Assembly (NCBI GenBank): GCA_030652255.1
Contig: JAUSAZ010000112.1
Location: 69,907 to 133,906 of the forward strand
From: Myxococcales bacterium
GTDB taxonomy: Bacteria; Myxococcota_A; Polyangia; Polyangiales; Ga0077539
Direction: 5' to 3'
DNA: 64,000 nucleotides
Shown here: positions 28,321-37,370 of the stretch, in pieces
Layout: each line of letters begins with the position of its first letter
How positions within the stretch are numbered: the first letter of the stretch is position 1
Notes under the pieces: model-generated
Told to the model about the DNA's origin: nothing
The model's input: only the letters and a program-made list of their open reading frames with translations
Database searches by the model: none
Position numbers and translations under genes: made by a program

Positions 28321-29187
28321 TCAGTGCGCGCCGGGGCTCTGGAGCTGCGCGAGCCGGTTCTGCGCGATGTCGAGGTACTCCCGCGGGGCGTTGCCGCCGC
28401 GCGCCTCGATGAAGCGCTGCAGGTACAGGATCGCCTGCTGCCGCCGCTCCGGGATGTCTGCCAGGGTGTAGCCCGCGGAGAACATCGCCTCGGACATCTC
28501 CGGGTCTTCGCGGTTGGCGGCGACGAACTCCTCCACGGCCTGCTCGCGCTGCCCCTGCTCGAGCAGCACGTTGCCGAGCACGTTGTGCATCGACCCCCGC
28601 TCGACGGCGCCCTCCGGCGCGATGCGCAGCCCCTCGCGGAGCACCTGCGCGGCGCGGTCGTACTCGTGCACCTGCCGGTACAGCCGCCCGAGGTGCGCGT
28701 ACGAGTTGTAGCTGCGCGGCGCCTTGGTGAGCGCGGTGGTGTACGCCTGGAGCGCCACCTGCGGCTCGTCGAGGCGCTCGGCCACGAGGCCCTGCCAGAA
28801 GTACGCGAGGTAGTAACCCTGGCTCACCTGCGTGGCCTGCTGGAACGCCGCGCGCGCCTGCTCCCAGTGCTCCTGGTTGTAGTGCGCCTTGCCCAGCTGG
28901 AAGTGGTACTCGGCGTTGCGGGGGTTGCGCGCGATGGCCCGGGTGAGGGCCTCCGCGGCGGGCGCCCACTCGCGCTGGCGCACGTGCACCAGCGAGAGGT
29001 TGTAGAGCGGCTGATCGAACTTGGGGTCGGCGTCGGCGGCGCGCTGGAACTTATCCCGCGCGTCTGCCAGCCGCCCCTGTCGCATCAGGGCCATCCCCGC
29101 GTTGTTGTCCTGAACCGCTTCGCGGTTGTACTCGCTGCAGGCCGTCGCCATGGCGACAGCGAAGAAGACACCACACCAGCGCTTCAT
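28321..29187 (-). CDS. TPR-repeat lipoprotein
   Basis: The ATG at 29187 gives MKRWCGVFFAVAMATAC (lipobox). TPR-like repeats follow (ADARDKFQRAADADPKF..., NAEYHFQLGKAHYNQEHWEQA...). Confidence 0.8.
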   Translation of the reverse strand: MKRWCGVFFAVAMATACSEYNREAVQDNNAGMALMRQGRLADARDKFQRAADADPKFDQPLYNLSLVHVRQREWAPAAEALTRAIARNPRNAEYHFQLGKAHYNQEHWEQARAAFQQATQVSQGYYLAYFWQGLVAERLDEPQVALQAYTTALTKAPRSYNSYAHLGRLYRQVHEYDRAAQVLREGLRIAPEGAVERGSMHNVLGNVLLEQGQREQAVEEFVAANREDPEMSEAMFSAGYTLADIPERRQQAILYLQRFIEARGGNAPREYLDIAQNRLAQLQSPGAH

Positions 29188-29232
29188 CACGACCCTCGAT
29201 GCAGAGCCCGATGCGGACTCTGACGGCGCGCG

Positions 29233-29262
29233 ATGATAGGGGGACGACCGCGACGCCGACAA
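29233..29262 (-). promoter_or_regulatory. sigma-70-like internal promoter candidate (TTGTCG-18-TATCAT)
   Basis: On the minus strand the -35 is ttgtcg (29262-29257) and the -10 is tatcat (29238-29233). It sits in a local low-GC patch ~45 nt upstream of the ATG at 29187. Confidence 0.25.
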
Positions 29263-29342
29263 TCAAAAATCCTACGGATTTGTGAGCGCCGCGCAGAACT
29301 CCCGGCGCGCGGGAGAGCGCTGGAATGAGGTCGGAGGTGGTG

Positions 29343-29375
29343 GAGGGAGCGGAGGAGAGCGGAGGAGAGCGGAGG
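29343..29375. repeat. tandem 10-bp repeat ggaggagagc (2 full copies plus partial flanks), intergenic
   Basis: Read directly at 29351-29360 and 29361-29370. On the transcribed (minus) strand it forms a CT-rich tract. Confidence 0.7.
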
Positions 29376-29389
29376 CGACCCCAGCGGGT

Positions 29390-31498
29390 CTACTGGTCGG
29401 CGGGCTGGAGGTTGAACGGGTAGTTCACCGTCACCACGCCGCCGCCCTCGGGGGCGGGGAACTGCCAGCGGCGCACGGCGTTGGCGATGCACTCGCCGAC
29501 GCTGGGCACGGGGATGGAGCTGTCGGCCACGTTGGAGCCGATGACCGTGCCGGTGCCGCCGATGACGAAGCGCACGACCACGCGGCCGGCGATGTTGGGG
29601 CTCGTGGCGAGGCCCTGCTCGTAGCAGTGGTTCACCTGGCCGAGGTTGCGGAGCACCACGCGGCGGATCGCCTCGGGCGAGAGCAGACCCGACACCGTCG
29701 GAGGCGCCGCGCGCACGGTCGGACCCGTGGTGCCGCGGTTGCGCAGGCCGCGGCCCGCGCCGGAGCCGTAGCCCTGGACCGAGCCCGTCCCCGAGCCGTG
29801 GCCCATGGTGCCGATGTTGCCCATGCCGATGGTGCCCTCGCCGGTGCCGCCGCCACCCCAGCCGGTGCCCGCGCCGCCGAGGCCGCCGTAGCCGAAGGCG
29901 TCGCCCACGGCGTCGCCGGTCATGTTGCCGTTGGCGTTCTGGCTGTCGACGCCCGACTCGGTCATCGCGCCGAAGGGCGACACGATGCCCGAGGCGCCGC
30001 CCGCCATGCCGCCGCCCGCGGCGCCGAGGGCCGCGAAGATGCCGCGGTTCTGCACCTGGTTGATGGCGGCCTGGCGCGTGAGGTGCGGGGGCTCGCCGTT
30101 GTTCTTGATGGCGTAGCGGGCGTTGCGGGTGGGCGTGTCGCGCCGACCCATCTTGCCCTCGTCGCCGCGGTGGCGCGTGCCGGTGCCGCCCTCCTGCTGG
30201 TCGTTGGCCTGCTGCACCGGCGGCGTCTCGGGCTGGCGCTCCTGCTGGCGCTGGATGAAGGCCGCGAGCTCGCGCAGGCGGTCGTCCTCGTTGCCCGACG
30301 ACAGGAACCCGGAGTCGTCGCTGATGGCGAAGTGCATCGTGAGCACCGCCGCCGCCACGAACATGAACCCGCCCGCGACGGAGCCGATGAGCGCGTTGTC
30401 GCGCTTGATGTGGCCCGCGATGACCCGGCCCGGCGCGACCACCTTCGCCACGAAGGTGAGCCCGCCCACCTCCTGGCGATAGCGGCCGTCGGGCTGGATG
30501 TTGACCTCGAAGGCCCCCGGCACCGCGGTCGATGGACGCGCGTGACCCTGGCTCTTGAGGTCGTCGAGCGAGCGCTTGACGCCCTGGAGCTCGACCTCGC
30601 CCGTGGCGCCCGGCAGGAACACGAAGCGCGTGCCGGAGTTGTTGACCACCACCGGCAGCTCGGTGGCGCCGCCGAGGATCTCAGACCCGACCGTGAACTG
30701 CGACACGTCGGAGAGGAGGTCTTCGTTCTTGTGGCTGAGCTTGATGCCCACGCCGGAGCCGACCAGCGCCGTGAGGGCGCCGACGCCGCCGATCATGAGC
30801 CCGCTGTTGTCGTTGAGGTGCTGCGGGTCGGCCTTCGCGGCGCCCACGGCCATCATCAGCGACCCGACGCCCCAGAGCGCGCCGGTGACCTTGCTGGCGG
30901 GGGTGAGCGCCGGGTCCTTGCCGGTGAGCGTGAAGCTCTGGTTGTCGCGCAGGTGGGCGACGTGGAGGATCGAGCTCTTCCACATGACCGAGATCTCGAC
31001 GGCGTGCGAGCCGACCTCCTCGACCTCGTGGGGGTTGATCTCACCCCGCTTGATGAGCTGGTAGATCTCCTCGCCCTCGCCGGCCAGGGACGACGTGGTG
31101 ATGGGGGCGTTGCCGCCCTCCGCCACCACGAGCGCCGAGGCCGCCGCGCCGAGCGGCGCCGCCAGCGACGGCGACACGAAGGTGCCTGCCTCGCGGGCCT
31201 CGCCGATCTCCACGGTGATCTGCGCGCCGCCCAGGGTGATCACGTCGCCCGTGCGCAGCGACGCCTTGTTGACCGCCTGACCGTTCACCTGCGTCCCCGA
31301 CCCGAGGTCGATGATCTGGACGTCATCGGGCTTCACCTCGATGACGGCGTGCATCCGGGCGACGCCCTCGTCGTCGATGCGCAGATGGGACTTCTGGTCT
31401 CGACCGACCTTGATCACGTCCTGGGCGATGGTCTCGGTGCGAACCGAGGCTCCCTGGGCGATCCTGAACGTGATTGGAACCACCATCTTCTGCGCCAT
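29390..31498 (-). CDS. FHA-domain, membrane-spanning, Pro/Gly-rich protein with an AgmX/PglI-type (TonB-C-like) C-terminal domain; GltG/AgmX-like
   Basis: 702 aa from the ATG at 31498. The N-terminal FHA is IKVGRDQKSHLRIDDEGVARMHAVIEV...IIDLGSGTQVNGQAV. There are hydrophobic TM segments. The periplasmic linker is G/P-rich. The C-terminus is LSPEAIRRVVLRNLGQVNHCYEQGL...GRVVVRFVIGGTGTV...ECIANAVRRWQFPAPEGGGVVTVNYPF. Confidence 0.85.
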   Translation of the reverse strand: MAQKMVVPITFRIAQGASVRTETIAQDVIKVGRDQKSHLRIDDEGVARMHAVIEVKPDDVQIIDLGSGTQVNGQAVNKASLRTGDVITLGGAQITVEIGEAREAGTFVSPSLAAPLGAAASALVVAEGGNAPITTSSLAGEGEEIYQLIKRGEINPHEVEEVGSHAVEISVMWKSSILHVAHLRDNQSFTLTGKDPALTPASKVTGALWGVGSLMMAVGAAKADPQHLNDNSGLMIGGVGALTALVGSGVGIKLSHKNEDLLSDVSQFTVGSEILGGATELPVVVNNSGTRFVFLPGATGEVELQGVKRSLDDLKSQGHARPSTAVPGAFEVNIQPDGRYRQEVGGLTFVAKVVAPGRVIAGHIKRDNALIGSVAGGFMFVAAAVLTMHFAISDDSGFLSSGNEDDRLRELAAFIQRQQERQPETPPVQQANDQQEGGTGTRHRGDEGKMGRRDTPTRNARYAIKNNGEPPHLTRQAAINQVQNRGIFAALGAAGGGMAGGASGIVSPFGAMTESGVDSQNANGNMTGDAVGDAFGYGGLGGAGTGWGGGGTGEGTIGMGNIGTMGHGSGTGSVQGYGSGAGRGLRNRGTTGPTVRAAPPTVSGLLSPEAIRRVVLRNLGQVNHCYEQGLATSPNIAGRVVVRFVIGGTGTVIGSNVADSSIPVPSVGECIANAVRRWQFPAPEGGGVVTVNYPFNLQPADQ

Positions 31499-31556
31499 CG
31501 CACTCCCTGTCGCGTGTGCCGTGACCCAAATTGGGATCACGCACCGCTGGTCCTTT

Positions 31557-31579
31557 CCAGCGAGCACTCTGCTCGCTGG
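31557..31579 (-). other. intercistronic 9-bp GC hairpin
   Basis: ccagcgagc (31557-31565) pairs with gctcgctgg (31571-31579) around a 5-nt loop. It lies between the small-protein stop (31662) and the FHA-gene start (31498). Confidence 0.5.
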
Positions 31580-31661
31580 ACGCTTCGACAACGGCCTCGC
31601 CCGGAAGTTCCACGGGCGCGCGGACTCTACCGATCTGGTGACAGAACCGTCAACGCATCCG

Positions 31662-31934
31662 TCAGAGGTTCTCGACGGACTTGAGCATCTCCGGGACGAA
31701 GTGCTCCCGGATGCGGATGAGGCTGATGCCCGCGCTGCGCCGCCGCACGCGCGACGTCTCGCCGTCGGGGCGCACGAGCTGCCCCTGCACGAGCTCGTCG
31801 GTGAAGTTGAACTCCTGCGTCCGCTGGGCGCCCGCCTGCGCGGCCCCACCGGCGGCCGGCGGGGTCTGCGCCATCGCGCTGCCGCCCAGGCTCATCGCCG
31901 CGCCCATCACCGCCATCGCTACGATCTTCTTCAT
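31662..31934 (-). CDS. small secreted protein in the GltF position
   Basis: The ATG at 31934 gives MKKIVAMAVMGAAMSLGGSAMAQ (signal peptide). An alternative ATG lies at 31952. The C-terminus is FNFTDELVQGQLVRPDG...SLIRIREHFVPEMLKSVENL. Confidence 0.6.
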   Translation of the reverse strand: MKKIVAMAVMGAAMSLGGSAMAQTPPAAGGAAQAGAQRTQEFNFTDELVQGQLVRPDGETSRVRRRSAGISLIRIREHFVPEMLKSVENL

Positions 31935-31975
31935 GCTCGTGGACCTCGACATGGCTCGTTGCACCTGTACGTCAC

Positions 31976-33418
31976 TCACTGAGATGCCCCGGCGGCGGGC
32001 GCCTGTCCAGCCGCCGGCGCGGCGGGGGCAGGAGCGGCCGCGGGGGCCGCGGGCGCCTCGGGGGTCGCCGGGGCGGGCGTCGCGGGCGCCGGGGCCGCGC
32101 CGCCGCCGACCGCCTCGAGGGCGGTGATGGTCGACCCGATGTTGCGGATGTGCCGGTTGGCGTTCTCCACCGAGGTGAGGAAGCGGGCGTTGGAGCCCGC
32201 CCGCTGCACGAACTGCTGGAGCAGCTCGCGCGCCGTCCGCAGGACGGGGATCGACCCGCCCAGGTAGTTCATGTTGAGCACGCCGAGGTTGTAGTAGGCG
32301 TCGGCCCGGTTGGCGTCGAGGGTGCGCGCCCGCTCGTACTCCTGCTGCGCCCGGGCGAGGGTCTGCGCCCGCTCGGCGTCGGGCTGCGTCAGCGCGAGGC
32401 CGCGCAGCGCAACGCCGAGGCCGATGTGCGCGTCGTAGCTGTCGTCCTTGAGCGCGATGGCGTGCTCGAAGGCCTCCTTGGCGTCCTGGTACCCGCGGAA
32501 CGACAGGTTGATGGTCCCGTAGTTCACCCACGCCTCGAACATGTTCGGGTTGAGGGTGTACGCGCGGCGGAAGTGCTCCAGCGCCTTGATGATCTCGTTG
32601 CGCCGGATGTCGATGATCCCCCACGTGTTGTAGAGGTCGGCGGTGAACGAGCGCACGTCCGGCGAGAGCTCGGCGTTCTGCGACTGCGACACCTGCGCGG
32701 CCTGCGCGCACACGAGGCCCGCGAGGAAGATCATCCGCGAGTTGGGGTCGTCGCCCGCCTGCTGGAGGTACGACAGCGCGAGCTGCGTGCGCGCCGGCAG
32801 GTAGCGGTCGTCGAGCGCGAGCGCCGAGCGGATGTTGCGCACCACCGGCGCCCAGTCCGCCGGGGTCGCCGGGCGGGCCTCGCGCAGCACCATCGCGAGG
32901 TTGGTGTAGCCCTCGACGCAGTGGGTCTGGTCCTGCTGGATGGCCTGCTCGAAGGCCTGCCGCGCGGCGGGCACGTCGTTGCGGCGGTACGCCATCACGC
33001 CGAGCTGCACCTTCGCGCGGCAGTAGTTGCCGTTGGCCGCCTGGAGCGCGCGGTTGAGCGCCGTCGCGGCGGGCTCGGTCATCCCGCAGCGGTCATACAC
33101 GAGCCCGCGGTTGAACCACGCCTCGGGGAAGTTGCCGTTCGCCTGCGCGTTGGCGGCGGTCTCGAAGAGCCCCGCCACCTCGTTGCAGGTCGCCGCGGTC
33201 CAGTCGCCGCGGTTGCCGTTCGCCTCGTCGTGCTGCCGCATGAGGGCGGCGGCGGCGTTGAAGCGCGTGTTGGCGGTCTCGTTCACCGCGGTGCCCGCGG
33301 CGGTGGTCACGGTCTGGCCGTTGGCGCCCACCGCGGCGGTCGTGGTCGTGGTCTGTCGGCCGCCGCACGCGGAGAGCGTGAGCAGCACGAGCGCACCGGA
33401 AAGTCCTCGGGTCTTCAT
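31976..33418 (-). CDS. TPR-repeat lipoprotein, GltE/AglT-like
   Basis: The ATG at 33418 gives MKTRGLSGALVLLTLSAC (lipobox). An alternative GTG at 33439 overlaps the upstream stop as GTGA. The body is TPR-like and the tail is A/P-rich. Confidence 0.8.
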   Translation of the reverse strand: MKTRGLSGALVLLTLSACGGRQTTTTTAAVGANGQTVTTAAGTAVNETANTRFNAAAALMRQHDEANGNRGDWTAATCNEVAGLFETAANAQANGNFPEAWFNRGLVYDRCGMTEPAATALNRALQAANGNYCRAKVQLGVMAYRRNDVPAARQAFEQAIQQDQTHCVEGYTNLAMVLREARPATPADWAPVVRNIRSALALDDRYLPARTQLALSYLQQAGDDPNSRMIFLAGLVCAQAAQVSQSQNAELSPDVRSFTADLYNTWGIIDIRRNEIIKALEHFRRAYTLNPNMFEAWVNYGTINLSFRGYQDAKEAFEHAIALKDDSYDAHIGLGVALRGLALTQPDAERAQTLARAQQEYERARTLDANRADAYYNLGVLNMNYLGGSIPVLRTARELLQQFVQRAGSNARFLTSVENANRHIRNIGSTITALEAVGGGAAPAPATPAPATPEAPAAPAAAPAPAAPAAGQAPAAGASQ

Positions 33419-33435
33419 CGGTCTCTCTCCCAGTC

Positions 33436-36400
33436 TCACTGCGCCGCACCAGGAGCCGCCGCGGCCCCGGCCTGACCCTGCTCCGCGGGCTCGTCCTCGC
33501 CCTCCGCCGACGTCTGGAGCTGGTACACCGGACGGCTGTTGGTCGGACGCGAGAACACCAGGTTCGGCTCGACGCGGATCTCGTCGGCGAGCGGGAACCG
33601 CACGCGGTCGATCTCGTAGAGCTCACGCTCGCAGAGCTGCGACCACTCGTTGAACCAGTGCACCTGCGTCGCGGTGCGGATGCACCGCTGGAAGCCCTCG
33701 GACGCGGTGTTCATGAAGGGCTGCGTCCGCTGGTCGAGCACCAGGCGGTACGCGTCGAGCAGGTCGGCGTTGCGCTGGATGTCGGGCGGAATCGGCGCGT
33801 TGCGGATCGTCTGCGCGAACTGGAAGTACATGTCCGCGAGGCGCGAGACCGCCGCGATCTCCCAGTTGGGCACGTGCATGTTCACCACCTCGACGTACTT
33901 CGCCGAGGCCGCGTCGAGCAGCTGCTGGCGCAGCCGGATGTACGGGGTGAGCGAGCGCTCCACCCACGTGTCGAAGGCGCGGCGGGTGGTGCCCGGGTTG
34001 CGCGGGAAGCGCTCGTTCTGGAAGCGCTGGTACAGCACCTCCGCGAGGTAGAAGCGCGCCTCCGCGACGGAGTCCTTGCTGCGCTCGATCGCGTCGCCGG
34101 CCTCGTCGCCGAGCTGCTGACGGATGGTGGCCTGGCCCGGCGAGGTCATCGCGGCGCCCTCCCCCGTGCTCGGCCCCCAGGCGTCCACGGCCTGCTGGTA
34201 GTACGCCGTCGCCTGGCGGATGTTCTGCACGTTCCAGTAGCCGCGCGCGAGCGCCACGGCCCCCTGGATCTTCTGGTCGAGGGTGCCCGACGCCGCGTAC
34301 GTGCGCATGAAGCCCTCGTAGTGGCGCACGAGGTCGTTCCACGCCTGGCGGATCTGCTGGTCGCGGGTGCGGCGCTCGTCCGAGCTGGTCGTCGCCGTGC
34401 GGCGCAGCCGGGCCACGCGGTCGGTGTAGATCTGCCCGATGGAGAACACCACGTTGGCGGCCACGCGGCGACGCGCCGGGTCGTTGCCGAAGTAGCGCGC
34501 GAACTTCTGCGCGTTGGCGAGCGCGCGGTCTTCCTCGCCGAGGCCGATGCGGAAGAGCGTCGCCTGGCGCAGCGCGTCCGCGGCCTGCTGGACGGGATCT
34601 TCCAGCGGGACGTTGGGGGCGAGGCGGTGGGCCTCCTCGGCCGCGCGCACCGCCACCTGGCGGTTGTTGTTCACGTACTCGGCGTACTGCTCGTAGAGCT
34701 CGGCCGCGCGGCCGAACACCTGGATCGCGTGGTTGTTGCCCGCGAGGCGGTAGAGCGCGCGCTGGGCCCACGGGCTGTTGCGCGGCAGGAAGATCTGCAC
34801 CAGGCGCTCGCGCACCCGCATCGCGCGGCCCAGGAGGAAGGCCGCGTCGTACTCGATCGCGGCGTTGTAGAGCATCTCGTCGAGGCGACCGCACTCGCGG
34901 TGCGTGCGCACGATGGAGACGTACTGACCGGCGGACTCCGCGAAGCGGCCGGCGCCGTGGAGCGACTCGGCCTTCTTGCGGAGCACCTGGCACTGGAGGT
35001 CCTCCACGCGGTGGCAGAAGTCCTCGTGCTGCGGGCGGAGCGTCGCCGAGCAGAAGCGGGTCATGAGGTCGGGCAGCGCCGCCGACATCGCGTCGTAGCA
35101 GGCGGGGCGCTGCGGGTTCCACATGTCGCCCATGACGTTCAGGCTGTCGAGGTAGAGGTCCGCCGCGATCTCGCGGAGGTTCTCCGGGTCCGGCGCCTCG
35201 GCGCTGGTCTCGGCGACGTCCTTGAAGAGCGTGGCCGCCTCCTCGAAGTGGTTGGCGACGTAGTACACGTACGCGCGGCGGTACTTGATGGTGAGCATCA
35301 CCGTCCGCGGGTCTTCACCCTCGGGCGAGCGCTGCGTGCTGTCCGGCGAGACGAAGCACACGTAGCGGGTGAACGCCCGGAGCATCCCCTGCTCGCGCGC
35401 GTTGAGGTCGCGCGGCACCACGCGGACGCGGTCGGCGGCGCGGCGCTGCGCGTCGGTCTGCTGCGGGCCGCGGGTGTTGGCCGCGGGGCCGCCCTGGCGC
35501 CCCTGGTTGCGCTGCGTGGCGCTGGCGAAGCTCGCGGAGAACGAGTCGTTGTAGCAGAGCACCGCCTTGTACGCGGCGTCCTCGGTGAACTCGCCGCCGG
35601 GGTTCATCTCCACCACGGCGTCGTAGGCCGGGCCGCAGCGCTCGTTGTCGCCCATGTCGCGGAGCATGTCCGCGCGGTAGTAGGCGATGCGGTAGCGGTT
35701 GGGCCAGTCGCGGCGGTCGTACTCCGTGAACTCCACCTGATCGAACTCGGGGAACTCGTCCAGGATCTTCTGGTAGAGGTCCGCGGTCATGCGCATCGTC
35801 TCGGGGCTGCGCGTGCCGCGGGTCTGCACCGCGCCCTCCGCGCTGCGGCCGACGGCCTCGAGGTGCCAGTGCGAGGCCACGTCGAAGGTGACCCGCGCGG
35901 CCTGGTTGCGGCACTCGAGCTTCACCTCGTTGGTGCGGCTGCTCGCGCGGAACGTGTTGTACACGTCGATGAGGCGGTTGACCTCGACGAGCTGCTCGGG
36001 CTTCGGGCGCGACGCGATGATCGCGCGGGCGACCTGCGCCTGCCAGAAGCAGAAGCGGTCGCTGTTGGCGCGGCGCTCCATCATGCCGTGGTACGAGGCG
36101 ACGGCGTTGGGCCACTGGCCCGCGTCCTGGTACAGCTCCGCGAGCTTCTCGAACATCGTGTACGAGTTGTCCTCGTCCGCGGCGTAGCGCTGGAAGGTCG
36201 CGAAGGCGTTGGCCACGTTGAGCGGCCGCGCGGCGGTGCCGTACACCGAGCCGTACACGGTCACGAGCTCCATGCGCGCGTTGCGCAGGAGGGCGGTGAC
36301 GGAGCCCGCGTTGGGGTGCGTGCGGCCGTACTCGATGACCTCGTAGAACTTGTTGAGCGACCCCTCGAAGTCCTGCAGGTTGTAGAGCACCCACGCCATC

Positions 36401-37320
36401 TTGTAGAGGGCGTAGCCGTAGACCTGGTTGGCCTCGTCCTGCACCGCGAGCACGCGCTCGTAGAACTGGCGGGCGTTCTCCATCTCGCCCTGGTCGAAGA
36501 AGTACTCCGCGAAGGAGAGGTAGGCGTTGGGGACGAAGGGCGACTGCGGGAACCGCTGGATGAGCGTGCGGTAGACCGTGCGCGCGTTGTTGAAGTCGTT
36601 GCCGTCCTGGTAGGCGAAGGCCAGGTAGAACAGCGCCCGGTCCATCTGCGCGTAGTTGGGGTGCGCGTCGACCAGGTTGCGGAAGGCCGCGATGAGCTGT
36701 CCACGGTACTGCCCCGCGGTGGCGCGGAAGGCCGCCTGCTGCCGGGTGATGGTCGCGACCTGCGCCTCGTTGTGCGCCTGGCGCGCCGCGAAGAGCTCAT
36801 CCTCGAGCTCCTCGGCCTGGCCGTTGGAGAGCTGGGCGAGCTCCTGGTAGTCCTCCGCGAGGCGCATCAGCGCGTCGGGGCGGTGCGTGTCGGTGAGGCT
36901 CATGCGCTGCACCAGCGAGGCGGTGAGCCGCGCCTCGGCGAGCAGCAGGTCCGCGCTGCGCCGCTGGGTGTTGCGGTTGCGCATGATCATGTCGCGGTCG
37001 AGGCCCTGCCCCGGCCGCCGCGTCTCCGGCGTGTGCGTCGGTCGCTCGGTCGCGCGGGCCGCCGCCGGGGGGGCGGTGTCCCGGTGCGATCCGTAGCGCT
37101 GGGCGCCCGCCGGACACTCCAGCGCGCGCGCCCTGGCCTCCGGCGCGATGCAGACGTCCGCAGGGACCGTCGCCACCGTTGGGATCACCACCGCCTCTGC
37201 CGGTGCTGCCTGGGCCGCCGCGGTGCCCCGTCGCGGCTGCTGCCCGAAGGCCAGCGAACCGACCAGGGCGCACGTTGCCGCGAGGGCCATCGCCACGCTT
37301 CGTTGCCTCACCCGAACCAT
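33436..37320 (-). CDS. large periplasmic TPR-repeat protein (1294 aa), GltD/AgmU-like
   Basis: It has a signal peptide (MALAATCALVGSLAFGQQ). TPR-like repeats run throughout (ALFYLAFAYQDGNDFNNARTVYRTLIQRFPQSPFVPNAYLSFAEYFF...). GC3 is high. The antisense 1247-aa ORF is shadow sequence. Confidence 0.85.
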   Translation of the reverse strand: MVRVRQRSVAMALAATCALVGSLAFGQQPRRGTAAAQAAPAEAVVIPTVATVPADVCIAPEARARALECPAGAQRYGSHRDTAPPAAARATERPTHTPETRRPGQGLDRDMIMRNRNTQRRSADLLLAEARLTASLVQRMSLTDTHRPDALMRLAEDYQELAQLSNGQAEELEDELFAARQAHNEAQVATITRQQAAFRATAGQYRGQLIAAFRNLVDAHPNYAQMDRALFYLAFAYQDGNDFNNARTVYRTLIQRFPQSPFVPNAYLSFAEYFFDQGEMENARQFYERVLAVQDEANQVYGYALYKMAWVLYNLQDFEGSLNKFYEVIEYGRTHPNAGSVTALLRNARMELVTVYGSVYGTAARPLNVANAFATFQRYAADEDNSYTMFEKLAELYQDAGQWPNAVASYHGMMERRANSDRFCFWQAQVARAIIASRPKPEQLVEVNRLIDVYNTFRASSRTNEVKLECRNQAARVTFDVASHWHLEAVGRSAEGAVQTRGTRSPETMRMTADLYQKILDEFPEFDQVEFTEYDRRDWPNRYRIAYYRADMLRDMGDNERCGPAYDAVVEMNPGGEFTEDAAYKAVLCYNDSFSASFASATQRNQGRQGGPAANTRGPQQTDAQRRAADRVRVVPRDLNAREQGMLRAFTRYVCFVSPDSTQRSPEGEDPRTVMLTIKYRRAYVYYVANHFEEAATLFKDVAETSAEAPDPENLREIAADLYLDSLNVMGDMWNPQRPACYDAMSAALPDLMTRFCSATLRPQHEDFCHRVEDLQCQVLRKKAESLHGAGRFAESAGQYVSIVRTHRECGRLDEMLYNAAIEYDAAFLLGRAMRVRERLVQIFLPRNSPWAQRALYRLAGNNHAIQVFGRAAELYEQYAEYVNNNRQVAVRAAEEAHRLAPNVPLEDPVQQAADALRQATLFRIGLGEEDRALANAQKFARYFGNDPARRRVAANVVFSIGQIYTDRVARLRRTATTSSDERRTRDQQIRQAWNDLVRHYEGFMRTYAASGTLDQKIQGAVALARGYWNVQNIRQATAYYQQAVDAWGPSTGEGAAMTSPGQATIRQQLGDEAGDAIERSKDSVAEARFYLAEVLYQRFQNERFPRNPGTTRRAFDTWVERSLTPYIRLRQQLLDAASAKYVEVVNMHVPNWEIAAVSRLADMYFQFAQTIRNAPIPPDIQRNADLLDAYRLVLDQRTQPFMNTASEGFQRCIRTATQVHWFNEWSQLCERELYEIDRVRFPLADEIRVEPNLVFSRPTNSRPVYQLQTSAEGEDEPAEQGQAGAAAAPGAAQ

Positions 37321-37370
37321 TGTCGTCTCCGTGGATTCTGTGTGTGGGATTTGAGGGACGCGGGCTTCGG

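Noticed and set aside
17838-28412. A 3524-aa plus-strand ORF, the longest in the window.
   Set aside because: It is antisense to the 3378-aa TPR gene. Its product is R/G/E/V/L/H-rich low complexity with no repeats or motifs. The minus-strand frame has very high GC3, a natural amino-acid composition (K, Y, W, N, F) and regular TPR periodicity. This is a typical shadow ORF of a GC-rich genome.
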